The position numbers were made by a program, and so were the translations under genes. Below, piece by piece: positions 38,890-49,429 of a stretch of 64,000 nt of DNA. Positions within the stretch are counted from its first letter, which is position 1; every line of letters begins with the position of its first letter. The stretch spans positions 3,968,001 through 4,032,000 of the forward strand of contig CAVWLP010000002.1 in the NCBI GenBank assembly GCA_963755915.1. The letters run 5' to 3'. This DNA comes from an uncultured Phycisphaerales bacterium. Lineage in GTDB: Bacteria; Planctomycetota; Phycisphaerae; Tepidisphaerales; Tepidisphaeraceae. The notes below the pieces were generated by a model. That model made no database searches. It was not told where the DNA came from and saw only the letters and a list, made by a program, of their open reading frames with translations.

Positions 38890-39600
38890 ATGAAACAGAA
38901 GAAATCACCGAAAGGTGGTGCCAGTCGAATTTCATCGCAGCTTTGGCGCGATGACGTCGAGCTATTTCAGCTCGTCGGCAGAGAATTATATACGCCGGTG
39001 GTGGGGGACATTCTCGACGGGCTGAAATATTACCATCAATTCCTGCCACAGCCGGTGCAGCCGATTCGTGAGGGGATGGTTGTGGTGGGGCGGGCGATGC
39101 CGGTGTTAATGATCGACGTTCATGGCCCGCAGAAAAAGCCCTTTGGTCTGATGACGCAAGCACTTGACGATCTGAAACCGGGCGAAGTCTACATCGCGGG
39201 GGGTGGCGACATGCGTTGTGCCTACTGGGGCGAATTGCTGACGGCGACGGCACGCACGCGCGGCGCAGTGGGCGCCGTGTTGGATGGTTTTCATCGGGAT
39301 ACGCCCCAGGTGCTTGGACAAAAATGGCCGGTGTTCAGCCGGGGACGGTATGCCCAGGATTCGTCGGTTCGGACGGCGGTGGCGGATTTTCGCTGTTCGA
39401 TCGAGATCGGCGGCGTCTGGATCGAGCCGGGGGATCTGGTGTTCGGCGATCTGGATGGGGTGGTGACGATTCCACGAGCGGTTGAAAAGGAGGTCATCAC
39501 CAGGGCGCTGGAAAAAGCGCGGGGCGAAAAAGTTGTCCGCAAAGCGATCGAAGGTGGGATGACCGCCACCGCGGCATTCAGGAAGTTTGGGATTCTTTGA
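38890..39600 (+). CDS. RraA-family protein (HMG/CHA aldolase-like)
   Basis: [37 protein letters not shown]. Confidence 0.9.
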   Translation: MKQKKSPKGGASRISSQLWRDDVELFQLVGRELYTPVVGDILDGLKYYHQFLPQPVQPIREGMVVVGRAMPVLMIDVHGPQKKPFGLMTQALDDLKPGEVYIAGGGDMRCAYWGELLTATARTRGAVGAVLDGFHRDTPQVLGQKWPVFSRGRYAQDSSVRTAVADFRCSIEIGGVWIEPGDLVFGDLDGVVTIPRAVEKEVITRALEKARGEKVVRKAIEGGMTATAAFRKFGIL

Positions 39601-39612
39601 ACGGAAGGGCCG

Positions 39613-40740
39613 ATGAAAATCACCCGCTTTGAAACCTGGCGATGTCAGCGTAAGGAATCGTTGTTTGATTCAGCGCGGACGGGACGAAGCCCAATGAATT
39701 GGGACGTGGTGGTTTTGCAATTGAAAACGGATACGGGACTGATCGGCCACGCGACGGCGCTGGGGGCGCGCTCGAGCGTGGTAACGCAGGCATATCTTCA
39801 CGAGACGATCGCGCCGGTGGTGATGGGGCGTTCGCCGACAGAGCGCGAGGCGATTTGGCACGAGCTGTGGACGATCGACCGGCATCTGACCTTCTTCCCG
39901 GTTTATCTGCCGGGACCGGTCGATGTGGCATTGTGGGATATCGCGGCCAAGGATGCGGGATTGCCGCTCTATCAGTTCATCGGGGAATGCCGGACGAGCC
40001 TGCCGACGTACGCCAGCAGTTTGTTCATGCCTAGGACCGAGGATTATGTGAAGGAGATGCGAGCTTATCGGGAGCGTGGTTTCCCGGCATACAAGACGCA
40101 TCCCCCGGGTCCGTGGCGGAAAGACATGGAGATTCATCGCGCGCTGCGTGAAGCCTCGGGCGCCGATTATGTGCTGATGTCTGATCCGGTGGGGGAGTAT
40201 TCGCTGGAGGAAGCGATCCGCGTGGGGCGCGATCTGGAGAAGCTCGATTATCTCTGGTTTGAAGAACCCTTTCGCGATTTCGAATTGGCGAAATATGCCA
40301 AGCTTTGCGCGGCGCTCGATATTCCGATCGCGGGAACGGAAACGACGCGCGGGGGGCCGTGGGGCGTCGCGCAGGCCATTGCTTTCAACGCGGTCGATAT
40401 CGTTCGCGCGGATGTTTCGTGGAAGCCGGGCGTGACCGGCGCTTTGAAGATCGCCCATCTGGCCGAGGCAAACGGGATGCGCTGCGAGATCCATTGCACG
40501 ACGATGGGTTTCATGGACATGGCGAATTTGCACGTCAGTTGCGCGATCAAGAATTGCGAATATTTCGAGTTGCTGGTGCCGGAAGAACCGTTTCGGTTTC
40601 CGATGAAGGACAAATATCCGATTGACGCCGCCGGGATGGCGCATGTCCCGCAAAAACCTGGAATTGGCGTAGAACTGGACTGGGATGCGATCGATAAGAC
40701 CTGTGTTGAACATAAGGTCACTGAGCTGAAGTCAGTGTAA
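39613..40740 (+). CDS. Mandelate racemase/enolase superfamily enzyme (probable acid-sugar dehydratase)
   Basis: VDVALWDIAAK, YKTH, LMSD, WFEEP, GTE, PGIGVELDWD. Confidence 0.9.
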   Translation: MKITRFETWRCQRKESLFDSARTGRSPMNWDVVVLQLKTDTGLIGHATALGARSSVVTQAYLHETIAPVVMGRSPTEREAIWHELWTIDRHLTFFPVYLPGPVDVALWDIAAKDAGLPLYQFIGECRTSLPTYASSLFMPRTEDYVKEMRAYRERGFPAYKTHPPGPWRKDMEIHRALREASGADYVLMSDPVGEYSLEEAIRVGRDLEKLDYLWFEEPFRDFELAKYAKLCAALDIPIAGTETTRGGPWGVAQAIAFNAVDIVRADVSWKPGVTGALKIAHLAEANGMRCEIHCTTMGFMDMANLHVSCAIKNCEYFELLVPEEPFRFPMKDKYPIDAAGMAHVPQKPGIGVELDWDAIDKTCVEHKVTELKSV

Positions 40741-40841
40741 TCGCATATAGCCTGAAAAATGCGGAAGACCCCCACCCTAACCCTCCCCCGGAGTACCAGG
40801 GGAGGGGAAAAAGGGTGAGACGCGATTGACTTGGAGATGAA

Positions 40842-41168
40842 ATGAAGCCGCGCTGTTTTCAAATCCATGAGCGGGACAATGTTGCTACAATGATTGGGGA
40901 TGCCATGAATGGCGCGATCGAAGTGATTGGCAAAGACGCCGGAGAGATTGTTGCGGTGGAAAGAATTGCATCCGGGCAGAAGATCGCGCTGCGCGACATC
41001 GCCAAGGACGAGGCGATCGTGAAATTCGGCGTGCGCATCGGTCATGCGACAGCGCCCATCCGCCGTGGGGCATGGGTGCATTTGCACAACCTGGCCAGCG
41101 ATATTGACGAACGTTCCGGGACGCTGGATCTGCATTCCGGAGCGCCAACAGACACGCGATATGAATGA
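40842..41168 (+). CDS. UxaA-family SAF domain subunit
   Basis: [30 protein letters not shown]. Confidence 0.88.
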   Translation: MKPRCFQIHERDNVATMIGDAMNGAIEVIGKDAGEIVAVERIASGQKIALRDIAKDEAIVKFGVRIGHATAPIRRGAWVHLHNLASDIDERSGTLDLHSGAPTDTRYE

Positions 41169-42367
41169 AGCGGTTTCAGTCTGGGAGGGATATGCACGGG
41201 CCGACGGCCGCAAGGGCATTCGCAACCTCGTGCTGATCGTTTACACGGTGGAGTGCGCAGTTTGTGGCCCATGCGATCGCGCAGGGGGAGAGCGACGTGC
41301 ACGTGATCGGGTTTTCGGGTTGCTACGACAATCAGTATGCGATTCGTCTGCTGCTTGCACTGGCGCGGCATCCAAATGTGGGGGCGGTTCTGTCGGTGGG
41401 GCTGGGATGTGAATACACGCAGCCGGAAAAGATCGCCGGGACGGTTCTCGAATCCGGCCGGCCAGCGGAGTGGTTCTTTATTCAAGAGGCGGGGGGGACG
41501 ACGAAGAGCATTGAGCGCGGAAAACAGGCGCTGGCGCGGTTGCGAAATCAGATTGCCACTGTGAAACGCGTGCCGATGACGCTAAGCGATTTAACGGTGG
41601 GATGTGAATGCGGCGGATCGGATGCCACTTCGGGATTGGCCGGTAATCCGGTGGTCGGCGTGTTTTTTGACAAGCTCGTTGATGCGGGTGGACGGGCGGT
41701 GTTCGAAGAGATTGTGGAGATGATCGGATTACGCGATATCCTCGCGGTCCGCGCGGCCAGCGAAGAGGCCCGGGCGCAGTTGACGGCGGCGTATGACAAG
41801 GCGGTGGCCTATTGCCAATCGGTGCGGCAGTTTTCCGCGTCGCCGGGCAATTTCGCGGGGGGGCTGACGACCATCGAGGAAAAGAGCATGGGTGCGTTCG
41901 CCAAGAGCGGCAGCCGGCCGATCCAGGGGGTGATAAAGGTCGGCGAACCTCCGCGAGGGCCGGGTCTTTGGATTATGGACAGCGTGCCCGATCCGCATTT
42001 CATGCAGTTTGGATATACCAATCCGAATGACACGGAAGGGATCATGGACCTGATCTCGTCGGGGGCGCAGATTGTTTTGTTCGTTACCGGGCGGGGGAGC
42101 GTTATCGGGAGCCCGATTGCGCCGTTGATCAAAATTACCGGCAACGACCAAACCTATCGGCGGATGATCGAGGACATGGATTTCAACGCCGGGCCTGTGC
42201 TGAATGGCGAATCTTCGCTGGAGAAAGCGGGTGCGGATTTGCTGTCGTTGGTTACGCGGGTGGCCGCAGGGCAGCCGACCAAACCGGAATCGTTGGGGCA
42301 TCGTGAATATTTTGTGATGTATAAGCATCAGGACACGCCGTCTCTTTTGGCGGGTTGTCGCGCGTAG
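41161..42367 (+). CDS. UxaA/GarD-family dehydratase large subunit (frameshift near 41260)
   Basis: [52 protein letters not shown]. Confidence 0.9.
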
Positions 42368-42386
42368 GGAGATCAACCATTTCCAT

Positions 42387-43155
42387 ATGAATCCAAGCAA
42401 AAGCAGCTTTCGACTGGACGGACAGACAGCGCTGATTACCGGCGGCGGGACGGGATTGGGACTGGGCATCGCGCCTGCCTTGCGGCGCGGGCGCCAAAGT
42501 CGTATTGGTGGGGCGCAGGGAAAAGGAATTAACGCAGGCGGCGTCGAGCATCGGGTCGCAGGCGGCGTTCGTGGCACATGACATCACGCAACTGAATCGT
42601 GCGGGTGAATTGATTTCAGCGGCTGAAGAGGCCGCGGGCGCACCCGTGAACATCCTCATCAACAATGCGGGCATTCATCTGAAGAAATCGGCGACTGAAA
42701 CCAAGCCCGACGAATTCCAGGCGATATTGACCACGCACGTATGTGCCGCCCAGGCGCTGGTGGCGGCGGCATTGCCGGGCATGCTGGAGCGCGGGGAGGG
42801 AAACATCCTGTTTACCGCTTCGATGTCGGCGCTGATCGGCATGCCTTTGCTGGTGGCCTATTCGGCGGCCAAGAGTGCGTACCTTGGGATGGTTCGGGCC
42901 CTGTCGACGGAAGTGGCGGGGCGGGGCGTGCGCGTGAACGCGATCGCACCCGGCTGGATTGAATCGGCGATGCTGCGGCAGGCGCTCAGCGGGGATGCGG
43001 CGCGGATGAATCGGATCCTGCAACGCACGCCGATGGGGCGATTCGGCGAGCCGGAAGATATCGGGAACGCCGCCGTTTTTCTCTGCTCTCCCGCGGCGAA
43101 GTTCATCACGGGGGTGCTGCTTCCGGTGGATGGGGGCGCTAGCGTCGGATTTTGA
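42387..43155 (+). CDS. SDR oxidoreductase (gluconate 5-dehydrogenase-like; frameshift near 42480)
   Basis: [33 protein letters not shown]. Confidence 0.9.
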
Positions 43156-44022
43156 CCGAATGAAGCGCCGTTTCCATGCACTCGCCGGCGATCCGAGCAT
43201 AGATAATTGCTTCGGCGTAGCGGTCGGATTCTTCGACGAGATCTCCGTCGGCAGCAGGAAATTGGCGGGCGTAATAGTGGGTGCTGGGGAGTAATTCCGG
43301 GGCGAAAATCAGGACGTCGCCGGGGGAAGCGTTTTTGAGGAATCCCTGAATTGATCGAGTCCAGAGTGTGCGGAAATGCTGGACGTAATCGACGGCTCCG
43401 CAGGCGCCGACGGCGACCTGTATCGAGCCTGGGTTTGCGATCCGGCCATGGATGAAACCGATGCGATCGAAAATGGGTTGCATAAATGCGAGCTTGCTTT
43501 CCCAATCGCCGTAGACCAATTCCTGTCCGCAATAGTAATGGCTGAAATCGCCGTTGAAGCGAATATCGAGAAATCGGCGGGTTATTTGGACAGTGCGCCA
43601 GAGGTCTTGGGTGATGGTGGCCCGGTGGGTTTCGATGAAGATGGGAAGCCGATGGCGATCAGAGCGCGCAAGACGGCGTCGATAAGGCGATCGACTTCGT
43701 CATCGTTCTCGAGGCCCCAGCCGACGTGGAGCGTGAGGCATTTATCGCCGCGGTCGGCGTGCTTGGCGGCGATGATATCGGCCTGGGCGGGTGTGCTGAC
43801 GCGATCTAAGCCGCAATACGGCAACGACAGCCCGCCGGCGGGAAGGGCGTCGCTGATCAGTTGCACGCCTTCAAATCCGTCGGCGGTGAGGCGCTGGTCC
43901 CGCTGGGGCCCCTCCAGACCGGGCCAGGTCGAATCCTCGCACAGGTCGACGAGGGTGCCGAGATTCAGATAGATGCGCAGCTTGGGCGGGTCATTTGAGC
44001 CGTCGTTCATGAGGCGAGACAT
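43139..44022 (-). CDS. Sugar phosphate isomerase/epimerase-like TIM barrel (frameshifted)
   Basis: Pieces [33 protein letters not shown] across frames. Confidence 0.7.
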
Positions 44023-44030
44023 CGATTCTC

Positions 44031-44850
44031 CTAATCGCGAAGCCCGACCTGGCGCATCAAGCGATCGGTGGATTGATACGCCTCCTCGACCCATTCCACG
44101 ATCTTCTTTGGATCGGGCGAATATTCCAGTTCGATGGAGACCGAACCTTTAATTCCCAGTTCTTTGATTGCCTGGAGGTAGGGGGCGAATTTCACGACCC
44201 CTCGTCCGGGCGGAAGATCGCCGTGGACCTTGCCGTTGCAGTCGCTGATGTGAACGTGAATCGCCTTGCCTTTGAGTTTAACCAGTTCTTCCGGGCCGGC
44301 GTCGGCGAGCACGAGATGGCTTACGTCGATGTTGGCGCAGGCGCGGATGGTTGCACTCATTGACGAACCGCTCCATCTCGCCCACGCTGTTGAGAAGGCT
44401 GAGGCGGAAGGGTTCGAGTTCCAGGGCGATATCGATTCCTTTCCCGTCGGCGTAATCGCCGATGCGGCGGCAAGTCTCGATCGCCCAGCCCCATTGCGCT
44501 TCCGGGGGGATTACTTCGCGCTGCCAGATGTATTCTCCCAATACGAGCAGCACATTCCGGGCTTGCAGATCGGCGGCGAGATCGACGTGGCGCTTGACGC
44601 GATCGACGTGATACGCGCGCACCGGATCGTTGAAATCCACCAGTCCCGTGGAGACGACGACGCAGGAAACGATGGGGAGACCGGCTTTGCCGCACGTGTC
44701 GGCGATCAGCCGTTTTTCTTCCGGCGAAATCGTGGTCGCTTCGGCGAAAATATCGACGGTGTCGAACCCGATGCGGGCAATGTGCCGCAGCCCCGTCGCG
44801 GTGTCGACGCCGGCCTGGCCGAATGCGCTATTGATGATTCCAAGTTTCAC
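44031..44850 (-). CDS. Sugar phosphate isomerase/epimerase (xylose-isomerase-like TIM barrel; frameshift near 44345)
   Basis: IALELEP, ANIDVSH, HVHISDC, SIELE. Confidence 0.85.
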
Positions 44851-44873
44851 GGAATGCCTCCTGAAGAAAGGGG

Positions 44874-45956
44874 TTAAACGTCGAACTCGCTGAGCACGAC
44901 GAGGCGTCCCTCGGCGGCGCTGCGGTAGGCGGCTTCGACCAGGGCCATGGTTTGCAAGTTGTCGCGTCCGCTGACGGCCGGCTCGTCTTTGGTCTCCAGC
45001 GCGATGAGCAATTGGGCCATGGTGCCGGCGAAGGCGTCGGGAAACCAACTTCCGTGCAGGTTGGCCGTGGTGAAGGCGGTGTCGCCTCGCTTGGCGTAAC
45101 GAAGCGTGCTCGGCGAGGTGTAGGGGTCTTTGCACCAGCCGATGTCACCCATGGCCAGGCCGTCGGTTCCTTCGACGCGGTATCGAATGCCGATGTCGGC
45201 GGGACATCCTTCGCGTGCGGGACCGGTCCAGATGTCGTCGATGCCGATGCAGCGCATGCCGTCTTGATACTCGAGCGTGTAGACGCAGAGGCCGTCGCTA
45301 TGCGGGAATTTTGTTCGCGGATCGGGCCGGGTGCTGCAGAAAATCCGCGCGGGGTCGCCGAACCAGTAGCGCAGGCAATCGAGATGGTGTATGGACATGA
45401 TTCGCAGCGTCACCCAGCCCAGCTCCCTTTGCCAGTCCTGAAAGTGGGGAATGGCCCGCATGTCGATGGATGCGAAAACCGGCTTGCCGAGCACACCGGA
45501 CTTGATGAGCCGATTGGTTTCGCGCACGGACGGGTCGTAGCGCATGTTCTGGTTGACGGCCAGGACAATTCCCGCATCGCGGCAAAGATCGACGGCGCGT
45601 TGCGCTTCATCAAAATTCACGCCGAGCGGCTTCTGGGCGAGAATTCCTTTGGCAGTCCGTTTCTGGCAGGCCGTGCGGATCAAGGCAAATTGGGCCTGGG
45701 GCGGCACGGCGATGTCCAGCACTTCGATGGAAGCGTCGTTCAGCAATTGCTCATAGGTGTCGTGGACGGTGGCAATCTGGTGGCGCTGGGCGGCGCGAGT
45801 GGCGTTGGCCCGCGTGCGCGAGGCGATGACCACGGGATTCAGCCCCGCCTTCCGATAGGAACTGAGGTGACACTCGTTGACGATAAACCCGCTGCCGAGA
45901 ACGCCGATTCGGAAATCGCGTCGGTTCGGCATCGGCCAGTGAGTTGCGTCTTGCAT
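44874..45956 (-). CDS. Gfo/Idh/MocA-family oxidoreductase
   Basis: IGVLGSGFI, LAQKPL, NQNMRY, MSIHHLD. Confidence 0.93.
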   Translation of the reverse strand: MQDATHWPMPNRRDFRIGVLGSGFIVNECHLSSYRKAGLNPVVIASRTRANATRAAQRHQIATVHDTYEQLLNDASIEVLDIAVPPQAQFALIRTACQKRTAKGILAQKPLGVNFDEAQRAVDLCRDAGIVLAVNQNMRYDPSVRETNRLIKSGVLGKPVFASIDMRAIPHFQDWQRELGWVTLRIMSIHHLDCLRYWFGDPARIFCSTRPDPRTKFPHSDGLCVYTLEYQDGMRCIGIDDIWTGPAREGCPADIGIRYRVEGTDGLAMGDIGWCKDPYTSPSTLRYAKRGDTAFTTANLHGSWFPDAFAGTMAQLLIALETKDEPAVSGRDNLQTMALVEAAYRSAAEGRLVVLSEFDV

Positions 45957-45964
45957 TGGGTCGC

Positions 45965-48267
45965 TCAGAATTCGTCAAACGCGATGCGACTGTCGGGCAC
46001 GCCCAGTCCTGCGAGCATCCGCATGCAGGCCTTGACCATCATGGGAGGGCCGCACAAGTAATATTCGATCCGGGTTGGATCAGCGTGTTGCTTCAGATAT
46101 TCGGTCTCCACAACCTCGTGAATGAAGCCGGCGTGGCCTGTCCAACGATCTTCGGGCAGCGGCGACGACAGGGCGAGATGGAATGTGAAGTTCGAGTGTG
46201 CCGCGGCGAGGGCCGCAAAGTAGTCATCGTAAAAGATTTCCTGGCGAGAGCGGGCTCCATACCAGAAGCCGATCCGACGCGCGGTGCCCTCGGTTTCGAG
46301 GTGATGGGAAAGATGTGCCCGCAGGGCGCCATGCCGGAGCCGCCGCCGATATAGATCATTTCGCGCTGCGTGGGCTTCACGTGGAAGTCGCCGAACGGAC
46401 CGATGGCAGTCACGATATCGCCGGGCTGAAGGCTGAACATATAGGCGGAACCGATGCCGGGCGGACAGTCCTGCCCAGGCGGAGGCGTGGCGATGCGGAC
46501 GTTGAATCGGAGGAGATTCGGCTCTGTCCTTGCGTTGCTGGCCAGCGAGTAGTTGTTGCGGCGCGGCGCACCGCCGGGATTGCGGGCGACGAGATCAAAT
46601 ACGTGCTGGCGTTCCCATACGTCCGCGTAGGGCTGCGGAATATCGAAACTTCGGAAAGGGATTTGTTCATACCCTGGAATATCGAACTGAAGATAATCGC
46701 CGGGCTGAAAATCGAGGGCATCGCAACCTGGAGCGGGCTCGAGGACCAGCTCGCGGATGAAAGTGGAGACGCTGCGGGTGCTGACGACCCGGAGGTTAAG
46801 AGTTTGTGACTGCCGGGCGGCGGCCGCGCCACCAGCACGAATAAGATTGATCCACACACGGCCGCCGCGTTCTTCGACCGGATAAGTGGCCAGTCCGCGG
46901 CAAACAGGCGGGCGGGCAGGCGAGCCGTCGGCAAGATTGAATCGCCCGTTATGCTTGGCGCATTCGATCTGAGTGCCTTTGACCAGCCCGGCGGACAGAT
47001 GCGTATTGCCGTGCGTGCACATGCCGTCCGTCGCATAGAGCTTGCCCTCGGCGTCGCGATAGAGGGCGTAGGTCTTTCGGGCATGGTCGAAGCGGATGAC
47101 ATCGGCGCGGTTCAGTTGGAGGGCGGGACAGACTTCCAACCATCCATCAGCGTCGGCCTGCTGCTCGGACGCCAAGCCGGGTTCGGCCGACCTTGACTTG
47201 GGTTCAGCCAGCTTGCGCTTGACGTAATAGGCGGGATCCCTGGTCTGCCGAAGCACCGCGGAAATGATTTCCCGCCAGGCCTGCAGGAGACCGTTGTATG
47301 GAGTCGGCATGTCGTCCTTTACGGCCTCGTGCAGTGCGGGCAGCGCATGGTAGGGGACCAGCGGGAACATGTGGTGCTCAACATGGTAGTTCATGTTCCA
47401 GTACAGATACCGGTGAATCGGGTTCATGTAGACGGTTCGACAGTTCAGCCGATGGTCGAGCACGTTTTCGGCCAGCCCGGCGTGCTGGGTAAGACCGTAG
47501 GTCATCAGGAGCCAAGTGCCGAACAGGGTGGGCAGGCCGATGAACATCAAGGGCAAAATGCTGCGCGTAACAACTGCAAGCACGATTACCGAAATGTAAA
47601 TTGCCAGATAAAGGCGTGCCCGCCAGAAAACCTTGTGGAACTCGCTGGCGGGGATGAAAGTTTTTTCAGCCGGGGACATCCTGCCGAACGTGTGCCGAAA
47701 GATGGCCGTGAAGTAGGGCGGGTAAAGCTTGACGCCGAGAAAGGTGAGAATAATTCCGCGCAAATTCGGCGGGCGTGGGACCGCGATCTCCGGGTCGCGC
47801 CCGACGATGATCGTATCGCTGTGGTGACGGGTATGACTCCAGCGCCAGACCGTCGATTCGCGAAGCACCATGAACGACGCGATCTCGTAGAGCGTGTTGT
47901 TCATCCAATCGGTCTTGAAAGCGGTGCCGTGACCGGATTCGTGCCATCGCGAATCGCTGGTCGATGCGTAGAGCACCGCGTACACCAGGTAGGGGAGCGC
48001 CGCCCAGGGTCTTGGCCAAAGCCGATACGTTAGCCAGCCGAAGCCGAAGATCAGCGCGAACCAGATGATCGTGTCGCGGATGGCGGGCCCGTCGCGGCGC
48101 TGGAGCAGCTTGCGCATGGTCGCGCGCGGTACGGGAGTTTGATACCAGTCTGCCTCTGCGAGTCCGCGCTCGATGGCGTGGGCCGTGGTCTCGCCGGTGA
48201 GGCTGTAGTCGAGTTTTTCCGGCGGACGAGTCAGTACGGCGACGCCGTGTTCCTGGTCAAGATCCAT
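45965..48267 (-). CDS. MocD-like di-iron desaturase/hydroxylase + MocE-like Rieske ferredoxin + NqrF-like FAD/NAD reductase fusion (frameshift near 46325)
   Basis: His boxes HESGH, HTRHH, HVEHH; Rieske CTH...CAKH; RNNYSLAS, NVRIATPP, GPFGDF, IGGGSGMAP. After adding one C the frame reads FWYGARS...YLCGPP...FDEF*. Confidence 0.88.
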
Positions 48268-48282
48268 TACGCACTCCCGCGC

Positions 48283-49338
48283 TCAGAAAGTGGTAAACGC
48301 GTATTCGGTAACCTGCCTGCGGTTTTGGCCGGGGCGGAGAATAATGTTCCCAAGCTCGGGCACGTTTGCGCCGTCGGGATACCCCTCGCATTCCAGGCAT
48401 AGCCCGGCGAATTGTCCATAAGGCCGGCCCGATTTTCCAATCAACGTGCCGTCCAGGCGCACGCCGGTATAAAACTGGAGGCAATCCTCGGTGGTGCTTA
48501 CGGTCAATCTCCGGCCGCTAAGCGGCTCGGAGAGCCGGGCGCAGGTTCTTAATCTTGAATTGGGTGAAGGCTCGACGAAATAGAGGTCGCCGTGCCGGTC
48601 ATATAAGCTCGGAACGACATCGCCAAGCCGCCTGGGCTGGCGCAGGTCGGCGGGCCGGCCCGCGACCGATGTTTTGTCTCCAAGCAGCGTAAAGGCCGAG
48701 TCCACCGCGGCGGTATGGCTGGAGAATATCTGCAGCTCATGTCCGTCGATTGTGCCGGATCCCTCGCCGGCGAGATTGAAATAAGAATGCTGCGTAAGGC
48801 TGAAAGGGGTGGCGCGGTCGGCCGTGGCTTCGACTTCGACGACCAGGCGATTGCCCGGGGTGACGGTATACGTCACGGACACGGAGAGGTTGCCGGGATA
48901 GCCGGCCTCGCCATCGGGGCTGACGCGGAAAAGACGGAGGGAGGCGGCGCCGTCCGTCCGACGGACCGGGGCTGCGTTCCAGACTTGTTTGTCGAATCCC
49001 CTGCTTCCGCCATGCAAATGATTCGGGGGATCGTTGCGCTCAAGGTTGTAGGTGGTACCGTCGATCTCGAATCGTGCCCGCGAAATCCTGCCGGCGACGC
49101 GCCCCGCCATGGCGCCGAAAAACGGGTGCGGCTCGAGGTAACTGCTCAACCGCTCGAACCCCAGCACGACGTCATCCAACTGGCCATGGCGATCGGGCGC
49201 GAACAGGTGCGTGATGATGCCCCCCAGGGTGATTACTCGCGCACGGAGGCCGCCCGCACTCTGCAAGGTGAAAGAATCAATTTGCTCTCCCGTGGGCAAA
49301 GACCCCAACTCACATTTGTCGAGCAATTCCGCGGGCAT
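48283..49338 (-). CDS. galM: Aldose 1-epimerase (mutarotase)
   Basis: GRVAGRI, NHLHGG, GYPGNL, TQHSYFNL, GLCLE. Confidence 0.93.
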   Translation of the reverse strand: MPAELLDKCELGSLPTGEQIDSFTLQSAGGLRARVITLGGIITHLFAPDRHGQLDDVVLGFERLSSYLEPHPFFGAMAGRVAGRISRARFEIDGTTYNLERNDPPNHLHGGSRGFDKQVWNAAPVRRTDGAASLRLFRVSPDGEAGYPGNLSVSVTYTVTPGNRLVVEVEATADRATPFSLTQHSYFNLAGEGSGTIDGHELQIFSSHTAAVDSAFTLLGDKTSVAGRPADLRQPRRLGDVVPSLYDRHGDLYFVEPSPNSRLRTCARLSEPLSGRRLTVSTTEDCLQFYTGVRLDGTLIGKSGRPYGQFAGLCLECEGYPDGANVPELGNIILRPGQNRRQVTEYAFTTF

Positions 49339-49429
49339 CTTGTCGTTTTCGCGCCGCCGGCGCGGGCCGCCTGCGCGACCGCCTCGGTCGCCGGGGCGCT
49401 AAGTAATGAATCTCCCAACCAGAAACAAC

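Noticed and set aside
45965-46800. Na+-NQR respiratory complex
   Set aside because: No nqrA-E genes; the NqrF-like part lacks the N-terminal TM and 2Fe-2S domain and is fused to an oxygenase.
38597-49338. Integrative island at tRNA-His
   Set aside because: No integrase and no duplicated tRNA 3' end found in the window.
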